A model generated the notes under the pieces. That model was not told the origin of the DNA. It did not search any database and saw only the letters and a program-made list of their open reading frames with translations. From a virus (Duplodnaviria > Heunggongvirae > Uroviricota > Caudoviricetes), in the IMG/VR virus record IMGVR_UViG_3300044295_000306: a stretch of 64,000 bases of DNA. One strand, 5' to 3'. The position numbers and the translations under genes are program-made. Shown one piece after another: positions 46,442 to 55,735 of the stretch. Position 1 is the first letter of the stretch; the number at the start of each line of letters is the position of its first letter.

Positions 46442-47527
46442 TTAACTTGTTTTCATCAAAAGACCAGTAATACTCGCATTGAAAAACGTATATGTATCAC
46501 CTTGCAAATTAACAGTATCACCACTATTACCCATATTAGGACTACAATAATAAACAGGAACTATACCTGTTACAAATTGTGTTGGATATCCATGTTTGCT
46601 AACATTAAAATAAACTGGTTCAATATTATAAACGCCAGCACCTGTTACTGATAAAGAATTAGTGTGTAATAATGTTGCCATACCCATTGCTAAATGACCA
46701 TTATTAACAAGAGGTTGACCAGTAGTATAGGTTGAACATTCCGTTACATCATATGTTCCGTAATTTATTCCAGTATTAGGATTTGTAATATTGAATACTA
46801 ACCATGTTCCTGTATTACTATCAGCTGGATTAGTTTGAGGTGAAATTCTAGATGCTGTCATACTTCCCGTATTTGCAGTATAGGCAGCTAAACCTGTTGT
46901 TTGACCTACTTGAATATATGGTCCTATATTTTGTGCAGTATGTAAATCAGTTTGTGATGTTTCCCAAACTCCTTGAAATCCTGTTGCTTCTTGTATAATA
47001 GTTATATGTTGTTGATTAGCTATAACGTGAAAAACACTACTTGCTTTTGCTAATAATCCATATGGATGATTTGATGCACCAGTTGTATTTGTTTGCGGTC
47101 TATAACCTTCATTAGTAAGAACACCTGTTGAGTTTGCTGATTGTGCGCCCGTTAATGCAAATAAAGTATTTGCTGGTGCACCAGCAGTTGAATTCACTGT
47201 TGTCGGTGCTGTATATACTTGTGTTAACGCACAATACTTTAATATACTAGAATTTGCTAAAGTCGGAGCACTAAAACATAAATTGGATACATTATTGTTT
47301 ACCATTGTACCAGGATTTGTGGCTGAAATGGTTGGTCTATCGTTAGCATTTGTACTGCCTACATAAGTCCATCCAGCAGGCGTTGCGTCTATTATATACG
47401 AAGATGATGTACTAAATGCTAATAAATTAGCGGTAGAGGGCGATGTTGATGTTATTAAACGACCAATATCTCGCATTGCGTTTATTGCATAAATTGGTGT
47501 ACTTCCTGTAACTAATTTAGCATACAT
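46442..47527 (-). CDS. Virion/fibre-associated protein, paralog B
   Basis: Same N- and C-termini as paralog A (MYAKLV...LLxKTS). Confidence 0.6.
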   Translation of the reverse strand: MYAKLVTGSTPIYAINAMRDIGRLITSTSPSTANLLAFSTSSSYIIDATPAGWTYVGSTNANDRPTISATNPGTMVNNNVSNLCFSAPTLANSSILKYCALTQVYTAPTTVNSTAGAPANTLFALTGAQSANSTGVLTNEGYRPQTNTTGASNHPYGLLAKASSVFHVIANQQHITIIQEATGFQGVWETSQTDLHTAQNIGPYIQVGQTTGLAAYTANTGSMTASRISPQTNPADSNTGTWLVFNITNPNTGINYGTYDVTECSTYTTGQPLVNNGHLAMGMATLLHTNSLSVTGAGVYNIEPVYFNVSKHGYPTQFVTGIVPVYYCSPNMGNSGDTVNLQGDTYTFFNASITGLLMKTS

Positions 47528-47745
47528 TATATATTCCCATTATAAAATACTTGAATTCTTTCATCTAAATCATCAATCGGATTTCCATTAATAACAAAAT
47601 AAATTACATCTCTTACTTTTAAAGTATTAAATCCAGTACCGTTAGAATGAAGAATTCCTTCAAGTTCTTGAAAAGATCCTTCAAACTTATAAACAGGTAC
47701 TGTACCTTCATGTGAAAGATAATTGATTATTTCTGAATCTGTCAT
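47527..47745 (-). CDS. Hypothetical protein
   Basis: ORF track, tight packing. Confidence 0.6.
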   Translation of the reverse strand: MTDSEIINYLSHEGTVPVYKFEGSFQELEGILHSNGTGFNTLKVRDVIYFVINGNPIDDLDERIQVFYNGNI

Positions 47746-47747
47746 TT

Positions 47748-48212
47748 TTAACTCGCGTAATAATTAAGTGTTATTGATAAACCTTGTGCATTAGGATCAC
47801 CCGTTGTTAGATCAAAATATACATATGATCCTGCAGCAACAGATAGTGATGTTGCTGTTGATTGTGTAGTATTACTTTTTGTTATTGTATAAGTTCCTAA
47901 TGATGTTGCGTTTGCATATGTGTTAGCACTCGATTTTACTGTTATATTTATATTGGCGGTTCTATTTTTTGATATCGATAAAGTTAATCCAACACTTGTT
48001 ATTAGCGTTTGTGTCGGAAAATATGTTCCAGTACCTAGTCCTAAATTATTTGCTGCTCTAACAACAGTAGTTGATGACTGAGAAAATACTTTAGATTGTA
48101 ATTTGGTACCAGCAATCAATGAAATAGAATTTGCTGATGCAACATCATCCGCTGAAGTCCATACTTTACCTAATGTTGAATCTACTAATAATCCTCTTGT
48201 CCTTCTAGCCAT
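47748..48212 (-). CDS. Putative virion protein
   Basis: Ser/Thr-rich beta protein in the structural block. Confidence 0.55.
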   Translation of the reverse strand: MARRTRGLLVDSTLGKVWTSADDVASANSISLIAGTKLQSKVFSQSSTTVVRAANNLGLGTGTYFPTQTLITSVGLTLSISKNRTANINITVKSSANTYANATSLGTYTITKSNTTQSTATSLSVAAGSYVYFDLTTGDPNAQGLSITLNYYAS

Positions 48213-48213
48213 T

Positions 48214-48717
48214 TTATACCTCCATAGTCGTCACGATAGCTTTCCATGATACATTCTTGCTATTTGCACCTTGTACATAGATATTTAATGATTTGTTTGT
48301 ATTATCAGCTCTCGTATCTACTAACCATGTTGAATCTGTTCTAACTACAATATTTTCATATAATGAACCTTTATCAGCAACGGTTCCAGAACTATTTGCA
48401 ACAACACCTTTAATCTGAAATGCAGCAAAATCTCCAAAAGTATTACTTTTTGCAGTAAAATCAACAGTATAGTGATTTCCTGTATTTGATGTTACCGATA
48501 TTCTACTATTTGCAACCCCATTAATAAATATTTCCGTTTCTGTATTACTTGTTGTGTATCCAGTTAAAGTATATTGATTAGTATATTGTGATGATGAACC
48601 TACAGTTGAGGTATAACTCGTATAAGTTGTCCAAGAAGTACCGTTCCAAGTATATGTGGTATTACCAGAACTATAAGTTTGATTTAATATTGGTGAATTG
48701 GGAAAATTAATTGCCAT
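48214..48717 (-). CDS. Putative fibre-associated protein
   Basis: MAINFPNSP...YTWNGTSW N-terminal motif common in phage fibres. Confidence 0.6.
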   Translation of the reverse strand: MAINFPNSPILNQTYSSGNTTYTWNGTSWTTYTSYTSTVGSSSQYTNQYTLTGYTTSNTETEIFINGVANSRISVTSNTGNHYTVDFTAKSNTFGDFAAFQIKGVVANSSGTVADKGSLYENIVVRTDSTWLVDTRADNTNKSLNIYVQGANSKNVSWKAIVTTMEV

Positions 48718-48725
48718 ATTCTATC

Positions 48726-49445
48726 CTATGACATTATTGTAGCAAAAGCAAGAGCATCACTACTAATACCACTTAAAGTATTAGCACCGGTTCCACCACT
48801 AGCAACTGGCAACACACCGGTTGTAATCAAACTAGCATTTATTGTTGGTGCAGGAACAGCATCAACCCATTGTGAACTATCACCATCATTATAATAAATC
48901 TTTAAAACACCTGTATTACTCTGCCACCATAAACTATTAGCCGTTGGAGAACCAGGAGGACTATCACTAACCGAAACACTTGCTCCACCACCACCAGATG
49001 TTGTTATAGTCACATTACTAATAGCAGTTATTCTACCATTAGCTGCAACAGTAACAACAGGAACTATAGTTGCATTACCATAAGTTCCAGCAGAAACAGA
49101 AACATTAGTAACATCAGTATTTGCTTGATTGTAGGCTGCCGTTAATGTCGGCACAATATCTGTAGTACCAACAACAACATTACCTGATACTGTAAGTGTT
49201 TTTGTTGTCTTATTATATGTAAAATTAGAGTTGGATCCAAATGATCCAGAATCATTAAACTGAACTTCTGTTGTCAAACCAGCAGGTTGTGTTGTTCTAA
49301 TTGAGCCTAATGAATTGCTTGATGTTTTATAATAAATTATACCATCAGCATAATTTATAGCTAATTCACCATTAGCTATAACTCCAAGAGAAGGTGTGCT
49401 AGTTGTAGTTCCAGAAGAACGTAAAACAATTGTTGTGTTTGCCAT
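48726..49445 (-). CDS. Tail-fibre-like protein
   Basis: GELAINYADG, EVQFNDSGSF, AGTYG...ANGRIT repeat, LWWQSNTG. Confidence 0.65.
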   Translation of the reverse strand: MANTTIVLRSSGTTTSTPSLGVIANGELAINYADGIIYYKTSSNSLGSIRTTQPAGLTTEVQFNDSGSFGSNSNFTYNKTTKTLTVSGNVVVGTTDIVPTLTAAYNQANTDVTNVSVSAGTYGNATIVPVVTVAANGRITAISNVTITTSGGGGASVSVSDSPPGSPTANSLWWQSNTGVLKIYYNDGDSSQWVDAVPAPTINASLITTGVLPVASGGTGANTLSGISSDALAFATIMS

Positions 49446-49873
49446 TAAAATGTTCCGCCGTTAGACTCTATTTTATTTTCTTCCGATAGAATCTTCACAA
49501 CGTCATTATTTGGTGTTGGTTTTTTTCTTGATTGCTTCTTATTTAACTGTTCTTTTAAATCAGCATTTTCACGCGACAATTCATTTACAGAATTCTGGAG
49601 ACGATATTTTTCAGCATCACTAGAATGAAATTTACTAATCTGCTCATCCTTTGATCTAATCTGCTCATCCCTCGTTCTAATCTCAGCCTCTAAAATACCA
49701 ATACTTGTTGAAGAATTTTCTAATTCCTTAATTCTTTTTTCGTACTCAGGAATTACTTTTATTTTTTCCTCAAGAATTTTTATATTAGTTTGAAATAAAA
49801 GATTCTGTTTTAGTACCGATACAAAGTTATCAAATAATACTTCATTGTATGAATTTAAAAATTGCACGTCCAT
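49445..49873 (-). CDS. Coiled-coil hypothetical protein
   Basis: Heptad-rich sequence. Confidence 0.6.
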   Translation of the reverse strand: MDVQFLNSYNEVLFDNFVSVLKQNLLFQTNIKILEEKIKVIPEYEKRIKELENSSTSIGILEAEIRTRDEQIRSKDEQISKFHSSDAEKYRLQNSVNELSRENADLKEQLNKKQSRKKPTPNNDVVKILSEENKIESNGGTF

Positions 49874-49891
49874 TATATATTCCTTTCATAA

Positions 49892-51499
49892 TTAAAAACT
49901 TCCGCCATTCAAGAAACCAAATGTAGGTATTCCAGATGAACTAATTTGTAATACATGACCTTCTGTCGATGATGCAACAGATAATAAAGCACTTGTTGAT
50001 GTTAATCCACCATAGATAACACCATTTGCGGTAAATGATGATGCTCCTGTACCACCTCTTGATACACCTAAAGTACCTGAACTAATAGCAGATGCATCAA
50101 TAGAAACAGCGGTATTGCTTACACTTGAAATTCTTCCATAAGCATCAGTTGTAATTACTGGAATATAACTTGCTGAACCATAACTTCCAGCACTACCAGT
50201 ATTAGCTAATGATGTAATCGATGTTCCATTAAACTGAAGCATAGCTCCAGTTGTATAGCTTGTTTGATTTGTACCACCGCGAGCGATTGGCAATGTACCT
50301 GAAGTAATAGCAGAAGCATCAACAGCAATAGCTGTATTTGTAACTCCAGAAACACGACCATAAGCATCCGTCGTTACAACCGGTACATAAGCAGCATTAC
50401 CATAAGTTCCTGCTGTGCCTGTATTAGCTAATGATTTTAATGCACCTGTTCCATTTCCAACAAGAATTCTACCTGAGCTAAATGTTGCTGCTCCAGTACC
50501 ACCATCTGCAACCGCAATAGGATTCAATAAACCTGAAACATTAGCACTTGTAATATTAGCAACAAGAGTACCAACCATAAAGCTTGGATCTGTTGTATCA
50601 ATAATATTGGTTGTATTAGGTTCTGGTGTATATTGTGTAAATGCATAAAATGTATTAGAACCGTGTTTTCTGAAAATACCAGCATGTCTTTGTGTTGCAC
50701 CATCATAATAATTACCAGCAAAACCTATATCAACTAAATCTGAGGAATAATTATTCTCACCTAGATAAATTAATGGATCATTAACTTGAAGTGTTGATAC
50801 ATTAATAAGAGTTGTATTACCAGTAAGTGTTAAATTACCTGTAATGCCAAGATCACCAGTAATTGTTTGATTACCTGTTGTACGGATAACTGTATTATCA
50901 ACATCAAGAACAAAAGTATTGTTTGCATCATATACTGTTGATGTAATACCTGAACCACCTTTAACAGTTAATGTGTCTGTTGCTAATGAAAGAGAACCAC
51001 TAACTGTTGAGTTGGCAAAATTCAATGTTGTTGAAATTGCAACATTGGATGCTGAAGTGATTCTACCTTTTGCATCTACAGCAAATGTAGGTACTTGTGT
51101 TGCACCACCATATGTTCCTGCCGATACACCAGAATTTGAAAGAGTTAATGGAATATTAGCATCAGCAGAACCATCAACGGAAACGGTACCGGTTGCATCA
51201 CCAGAAACACCTATTGTTCGTGCTGTTGTCCATTGATTAGCATTATTAGCGATACCAAACAATCTTCCATAAAATGCACCATTTACATCACGTTTTACTA
51301 TTGTTGTTGCTGTATTAGAATTTGTGGCAGCATCAACAATGTCTGTATAGTATTTTCCACCAATAGCTATTACTTGGTTATCTGATAAACCAATATATAA
51401 TTTGTTTGAATTATTAGAATATGCTGGTTCAGCAACATTGAGGGAAGGTGGTATAGATGTTGTTTCTGACCATTTTAATTGAATTACTGTATTAGCCAT
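49892..51499 (-). CDS. Tail-fibre-like protein with internal repeats
   Basis: Three AG(T/S)YG...P...D..GR repeats and repeated xxGGTG motifs. Confidence 0.7.
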   Translation of the reverse strand: MANTVIQLKWSETTSIPPSLNVAEPAYSNNSNKLYIGLSDNQVIAIGGKYYTDIVDAATNSNTATTIVKRDVNGAFYGRLFGIANNANQWTTARTIGVSGDATGTVSVDGSADANIPLTLSNSGVSAGTYGGATQVPTFAVDAKGRITSASNVAISTTLNFANSTVSGSLSLATDTLTVKGGSGITSTVYDANNTFVLDVDNTVIRTTGNQTITGDLGITGNLTLTGNTTLINVSTLQVNDPLIYLGENNYSSDLVDIGFAGNYYDGATQRHAGIFRKHGSNTFYAFTQYTPEPNTTNIIDTTDPSFMVGTLVANITSANVSGLLNPIAVADGGTGAATFSSGRILVGNGTGALKSLANTGTAGTYGNAAYVPVVTTDAYGRVSGVTNTAIAVDASAITSGTLPIARGGTNQTSYTTGAMLQFNGTSITSLANTGSAGSYGSASYIPVITTDAYGRISSVSNTAVSIDASAISSGTLGVSRGGTGASSFTANGVIYGGLTSTSALLSVASSTEGHVLQISSSGIPTFGFLNGGSF

Positions 51500-51508
51500 T
51501 ATTTTTCC

Positions 51509-51751
51509 TTAGAATGAGCCGCCATTTACATTATCAACTGTAACAAGACCTTGTCCGGATCTTGGTTGAAATTTTCCGGTTCCTGCATCGTACATTAATA
51601 TATCATGATCATTTGGTGTACCTATAGTCACATCACTTAATTCTGTAAGCGAAACAATAGGTTTTGCAACAGTCGATACCGTTGCTTTAATACCACCTGA
51701 TTGTTTGAGAGAAACAGTTTGAGAAGTGTTTGTATTAACTACCACATTCAT
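51509..51751 (-). CDS. Hypothetical virion protein
   Basis: LTELSDVTI...DILMYD...F fibre-type motif. Confidence 0.55.
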   Translation of the reverse strand: MNVVVNTNTSQTVSLKQSGGIKATVSTVAKPIVSLTELSDVTIGTPNDHDILMYDAGTGKFQPRSGQGLVTVDNVNGGSF

Positions 51752-52083
51752 TATTTTGTAACTCCTGGTGTAACTGTTACAATACCTTCTACAACTCTTG
51801 TTACCACATTATTTGCATCTGTTGTTGTTAAATCAAAAACATATCTACCCGGACGTAAATTAGAAGTGTTAGCTGCTGTCATGGACAAAGTTATTACTCC
51901 ATCATAAGCATCTGTGATTGCCGCATCTAGATCATATGCTGTGGTAGAATAATATGATTTTCTTATCTGTGAATTAGCATAATGATTTGCTAAATTAACG
52001 GTTGATCCATCGGCACCATTAACATTCACGGTAGTATTGAATGTTGCAGCTTGTTCAAGTATTAATTCTACATAGCCAGCCAA
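51751..52083 (-). CDS. Ig-like/BppU-N-like virion adaptor
   Basis: LEQAATF...GVITLSMTAANT...GRYVFD...RVVEGIVTVTPGVT. Confidence 0.65.
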   Translation of the reverse strand: MAGYVELILEQAATFNTTVNVNGADGSTVNLANHYANSQIRKSYYSTTAYDLDAAITDAYDGVITLSMTAANTSNLRPGRYVFDLTTTDANNVVTRVVEGIVTVTPGVTK

Positions 52084-52143
52084 GATAAACTCCTATTTTC
52101 GATTATTCTCTATTTAGTCAAAGTATTATTTGACTTTGACAAT

Positions 52144-52171
52144 AAAAAACCCTCGACAGGCGAGGGTTTTT
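52144..52171 (-). terminator. Rho-independent terminator after the holin-like gene
   Basis: AAAAACCCTCG-n5-CGAGGGTTTTTT. Confidence 0.85.
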
Positions 52172-52186
52172 AAGAAAAAAAAGATA

Positions 52187-52369
52187 TTATTTTGCGTTTA
52201 ATGGTTGAGTTGTGACTATTCTAAGAATTGCGACGACAATTGAAATAACAAGCATTACTAGACCGGTATTTTGTTGTCCAACAAATTGGGTAATAACTGC
52301 TTGTGATTGTTCTAAAATACCAGCTACGGCTAGAAAAATTGCGAACCAGATTGTTTTAGATTTAAACAT
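52187..52369 (-). CDS. Two-TM holin-like protein (60 aa)
   Basis: KSKTIW start, two hydrophobic helices, basic tail; SD AAGGA. Confidence 0.55.
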   Translation of the reverse strand: MFKSKTIWFAIFLAVAGILEQSQAVITQFVGQQNTGLVMLVISIVVAILRIVTTQPLNAK

Positions 52370-52380
52370 TTGTTATTCCT

Positions 52381-52611
52381 TTATTTAGGATATTTGTCTT
52401 TTACTGCTTGTATCTTAGCTGCCATATCAGCAGGAAACATTCCAGCATGAAATAAAGCATCTAATTGATCACCAATACTTGGATACATAATTCGTCTTGC
52501 CATTGAGAGAGGTACAAGATATTCATCTTTCCATTTTGGATCATCATTCTTGATCCATTCATCTGGAAAATCATGAGAATTATTATTAATATCAAACCAT
52601 CTTTGTGTCAT
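52381..52611 (-). CDS. Putative fibre chaperone, copy 3
   Basis: YPSIGDQLD...KIQAVKDKYPK; start moved to MTQRWF (TAATG overlap). Confidence 0.6.
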   Translation of the reverse strand: MTQRWFDINNNSHDFPDEWIKNDDPKWKDEYLVPLSMARRIMYPSIGDQLDALFHAGMFPADMAAKIQAVKDKYPK

Positions 52612-53153
52612 TATGCAATCTCCTGTGCCCAAAATTGATAGGATTGGCTGCTGCCGCCCCGCACTGTCCAAGTTGATCCACCTGTAGTTGCTATACGCGC
52701 TTTGAAAGTGTGCGAACCAGCCGACAACACAGAAGTCATTGCCGTAAGCGTAATTCCATTATCGCTTCCACCAAAAGTAGAACCTGTGAAATAAACTCCC
52801 GTTGTGCCAAGCAAATTTGTGCCATCTACCGTAAGGTTGAAATATGCTTGACTAGCATTACCAATAACACTTGCCGTAAAACCAATCAGCACACGTCGCG
52901 CCTGAGTGGTAAGCGTAATACTTGCCCCAGTAATATCTTGAATTGCTCCACTGTAGCTGGCATCGCCTGTTGTGTAATTTACCACGCCAGATGCAGTCAA
53001 GGCATTGGTAAGTGTTAAAATTTGTCCTGTGCTGATTGAGAGTGCTGTATTGCCGTTGGTCTGTAAAGTGAGAATACCAGAATTATCTGCTGAATATTTT
53101 AAACCAGCACTACCAGAACTTACACCATTATCGGCATTAATTGTTGTTGCCAT
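52611..53153 (-). CDS. Short fibre-like protein, cassette 3
   Basis: N-terminal anchor (GILTLQTNGNTALSI) plus variable C-domain; GC-richer than flanks. Confidence 0.6.
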   Translation of the reverse strand: MATTINADNGVSSGSAGLKYSADNSGILTLQTNGNTALSISTGQILTLTNALTASGVVNYTTGDASYSGAIQDITGASITLTTQARRVLIGFTASVIGNASQAYFNLTVDGTNLLGTTGVYFTGSTFGGSDNGITLTAMTSVLSAGSHTFKARIATTGGSTWTVRGGSSQSYQFWAQEIA

Positions 53154-53170
53154 TTATAAAAATCCTTTAA

Positions 53171-53413
53171 TTATGACTTTGGATATTTGTCTTTTACTGC
53201 TTGTATCTTAGCAGCCATATTGTCAGAAAAATAACCTTTGTGAAACAAATCATCTAATTGATCACCAATACTTGGATATTCTATTCTACGATTTTCGATA
53301 TACGCAGTAGCTTGTTGTTTAGCTTCATTAGCCGCCCACTCAGCGCGAATGGCAGCTTCTTCTTCGGGGTTGCATTCAACTTCAACCCCATCGATCATTT
53401 TCTTCAATGTCAT
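53171..53413 (-). CDS. Putative fibre chaperone, copy 2 (chimeric)
   Basis: EEEAAIRAEWAANEAKQQATAYIENRR followed by YPSIGDQLD. Confidence 0.6.
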   Translation of the reverse strand: MTLKKMIDGVEVECNPEEEAAIRAEWAANEAKQQATAYIENRRIEYPSIGDQLDDLFHKGYFSDNMAAKIQAVKDKYPKS

Positions 53414-54087
53414 GATTTCTTAACTCCGTAGAGGGCAATAGTGCCGCTAGTGATGTTGCCAGAAGCAAATAAAAATCGAATACCATTAACTGCGTTACTA
53501 CTACCTTTGTATCTACCAGACATAGCGTTTACAAGAAGTATTGTGCTTGTGGTACGGTAGTAACCACCCAATGCAGTAATTACTTTTTTTGCAGTTGATC
53601 CTGATGGATTAAAAATCCGCATTTCTCCGTTATACCCACCTTCTGAAGCGGTGTTACTAACACCAGACGCAGCCAGATACATCGATGTGTCTGAAGCAGT
53701 ACCGGTACTTGCCGACCCTCCAGAATCATTAGTGCCGTTTGTCGCCCAAGAGTAATCTGAAGCCCCGCTTTTCCAAGTAGAGCCAGAATCTTCAGAAACA
53801 CGGACAACAAGACCTGATGCCTCGTTTGCAGGAACCACGTTATTTAAAGTGAACAGATACTCGTCATACGTCGAGTCAATCCCCGTGGTGAAGTCGCAAG
53901 TTGCAACCGATGATGGGGTTTGGCGTTGGATCAGCACCAGTGAAGCACCTGTAGAACCTGCCAATGCATTTGCAAAAGTAACTGCTTGTGCCGAGTTAAC
54001 AGTTACGGCATTGATTCCACTAGTTTGAAGGTTTAACGAACCTGTACTAGCATTTACACCATTTGTTCCATCAAGGACTAGAGGCAT
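53410..54087 (-). CDS. Short fibre-like protein, cassette 2
   Basis: ALAGSTGASLVLIQ junction; GNITSGTIALYGVKKS end. Confidence 0.6.
   Translation of the reverse strand: MPLVLDGTNGVNASTGSLNLQTSGINAVTVNSAQAVTFANALAGSTGASLVLIQRQTPSSVATCDFTTGIDSTYDEYLFTLNNVVPANEASGLVVRVSEDSGSTWKSGASDYSWATNGTNDSGGSASTGTASDTSMYLAASGVSNTASEGGYNGEMRIFNPSGSTAKKVITALGGYYRTTSTILLVNAMSGRYKGSSNAVNGIRFLFASGNITSGTIALYGVKKS
53926..53968. repeat. 43-bp exact direct repeat, copy 1 (copy 2 at 54855-54897)
   Basis: TTGGATCAGCACCAGTGAAGCACCTGTAGAACCTGCCAATGCA read at both sites. Confidence 0.9.
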
Positions 54088-54099
54088 TATTATTGTTCC

Positions 54100-54351
54100 T
54101 TATGATTTTGGATACTTAGCTTTAACATCACGACAAGCTTGTATATAAGCATCAATCTGTGCTTGATCGCCTTTAACTATACCATCAATATAATCCGTAA
54201 TTGGAGGATATGACATTCTGCGATTTTCGATATATGCAGTAGCTTGTTGTTTAGCTTCATTAGCCGCCCATTCTGCACGAATTTCTGCTTCTTCTTCTGG
54301 AGTGAGATAAACTTTTATCCCATCAACCATTCTATGTAATCTGTCACTCAT
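54100..54351 (-). CDS. Putative fibre chaperone, copy 1
   Basis: EEEAEIRAEWAANEAKQQATAYIENRR...YPPITD...VKAKYPKS. Confidence 0.6.
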   Translation of the reverse strand: MSDRLHRMVDGIKVYLTPEEEAEIRAEWAANEAKQQATAYIENRRMSYPPITDYIDGIVKGDQAQIDAYIQACRDVKAKYPKS

Positions 54352-55073
54352 GATTTTTTAACTCCAAAGAAAGATATTGTGCCAGAAGCAATGTTTCCAC
54401 TACCCATTAAAAATCGAACGGCATTAACTGCTGTTGTTGATGACCACAAACCAGCCATTGAACAAGAGGTATTGAGACTTGCCGCTCTCAAATAACCACC
54501 GTTTCCACAAGCAAATTTTTGGTTTGAACCTGCAGGGTCAAAAATCTGAATAATTCCGTTGATACCACCTTCGCCAGCATTGTTTGATATTTGATCACCA
54601 AAAACAATAGCTGACGTAATTCCGCTTCCTGCGCTATAGCCAGAAACGTCTGTGCCGTTAGAGTTTTGCGCTTGATTGTTGTAAGTGTAGTTTGTGGTTT
54701 GATAATTGATTCCACCATCTGTAGAAAAACGCATGTATAAACCAGCGTTAGCATTAACTGGTTTTACATTTTGTAGAAAAAATAAGTAATGTAAATATGT
54801 TGAACTAATACCACTGGTAAAATCTAAAGTAGCACTGCCACTTGCTGTTTGAGATTGGATCAGCACCAGTGAAGCACCTGTAGAACCTGCCAATGCAGTT
54901 GTAAAAGTTGCAGCACCCGCTACAGTTATACCACCTGCAAATGTAGCATTTTGATTTGTTCCAAGAGTCAATGCAGTTGTCGTACCATTAGTCTGAAATA
55001 CCAAATTACCTGTAGTATCAGATGATTGAACCAATCCTGTTGTTGATGTATTTCCTGATGCTATCGTACTCAT
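54348..55073 (-). CDS. Short fibre-like protein, cassette 1
   Basis: Paralog of 53410-54087. Confidence 0.6.
   Translation of the reverse strand: MSTIASGNTSTTGLVQSSDTTGNLVFQTNGTTTALTLGTNQNATFAGGITVAGAATFTTALAGSTGASLVLIQSQTASGSATLDFTSGISSTYLHYLFFLQNVKPVNANAGLYMRFSTDGGINYQTTNYTYNNQAQNSNGTDVSGYSAGSGITSAIVFGDQISNNAGEGGINGIIQIFDPAGSNQKFACGNGGYLRAASLNTSCSMAGLWSSTTAVNAVRFLMGSGNIASGTISFFGVKKS
54855..54897. repeat. 43-bp exact direct repeat, copy 2
   Basis: Identical to 53926-53968. Confidence 0.9.
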
Positions 55074-55083
55074 TCAATATCCC

Positions 55084-55377
55084 TTACAATATAATCCAAC
55101 GTTGATTTGCCGATACAGTAACAGTTATATTATTAGCAATAGTAATAGGTCCTACAGACAATCCATTATATCCAGTGCTTATCGTGTAATTAGCCGTTAC
55201 ATTAGCAGAATGTACCAATATACCATTATTATCAACAAACGCGGGAGCTTTAGCTTCTCCTGTAGTGTTATTCCATGTTAAATTCGCACTACCTGATAGT
55301 CTTCCATTCAAATTATATTGAATTTGTGTATTAGATGATCCAGGTAAATCATTACCAATATATTCATATCTATCCAT
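55084..55377 (-). CDS. Small fibre-associated protein
   Basis: NTQIQYN, GLSVGPITI...W motif. Confidence 0.6.
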   Translation of the reverse strand: MDRYEYIGNDLPGSSNTQIQYNLNGRLSGSANLTWNNTTGEAKAPAFVDNNGILVHSANVTANYTISTGYNGLSVGPITIANNITVTVSANQRWIIL

Positions 55378-55378
55378 G

Positions 55379-55708
55379 TTATGCTATCTCAAGTAATGAT
55401 GCTACAGCATCCACAGCAGCATTAGCTGAAGCACTAATTGTTAAACTATCCGATGCCTGTAATACAATCTTCTGTGCTCCACCAACAATAATCGCTGTCG
55501 TATTACTGCTAATAGACACATTAGAAGCAATCTGATAATTAACAGCAGACCTTGTTAACGAAACAGTAGCAGTAACAGCACTTGTAGATTTATTACATAA
55601 TGTCAAACCAATCAATGTGGTTTGTGTAGCAGCCGGAGTTGTATATACAGTATTACCTGTTGTTACAATGTTTGCAGCTACGTTCGATTTAAAAGTATTA
55701 GTTGCCAT
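55379..55708 (-). CDS. Small virion protein
   Basis: VYTTPAATQTTLIG...QKIVLQASD; SD AGGA. Confidence 0.6.
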   Translation of the reverse strand: MATNTFKSNVAANIVTTGNTVYTTPAATQTTLIGLTLCNKSTSAVTATVSLTRSAVNYQIASNVSISSNTTAIIVGGAQKIVLQASDSLTISASANAAVDAVASLLEIA

Positions 55709-55727
55709 TTATTTTCCTAAGATATTC

Positions 55728-55735
55728 TATTTATA
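55728..55735 (-). promoter_or_regulatory. Late promoter TATAAATA
   Basis: Exact match 19 nt upstream of 55708. Confidence 0.8.

Noticed and set aside
45358-47527. Diversity-generating retroelement template/variable repeat pair
   Set aside because: Differences are spread over all bases and the whole gene, both copies are intact ORFs, and no reverse transcriptase is in the window.
52130-52165. Plus-strand TTGACA/TTGACT as a second antisense promoter
   Set aside because: No -10 box at a 16-18 nt spacing; that position falls in the terminator stem.
52381-55073. CRISPR-like array or invertible shufflon
   Set aside because: Repeats are few, coding, irregularly spaced and all direct; no recombinase or inverted sites nearby.
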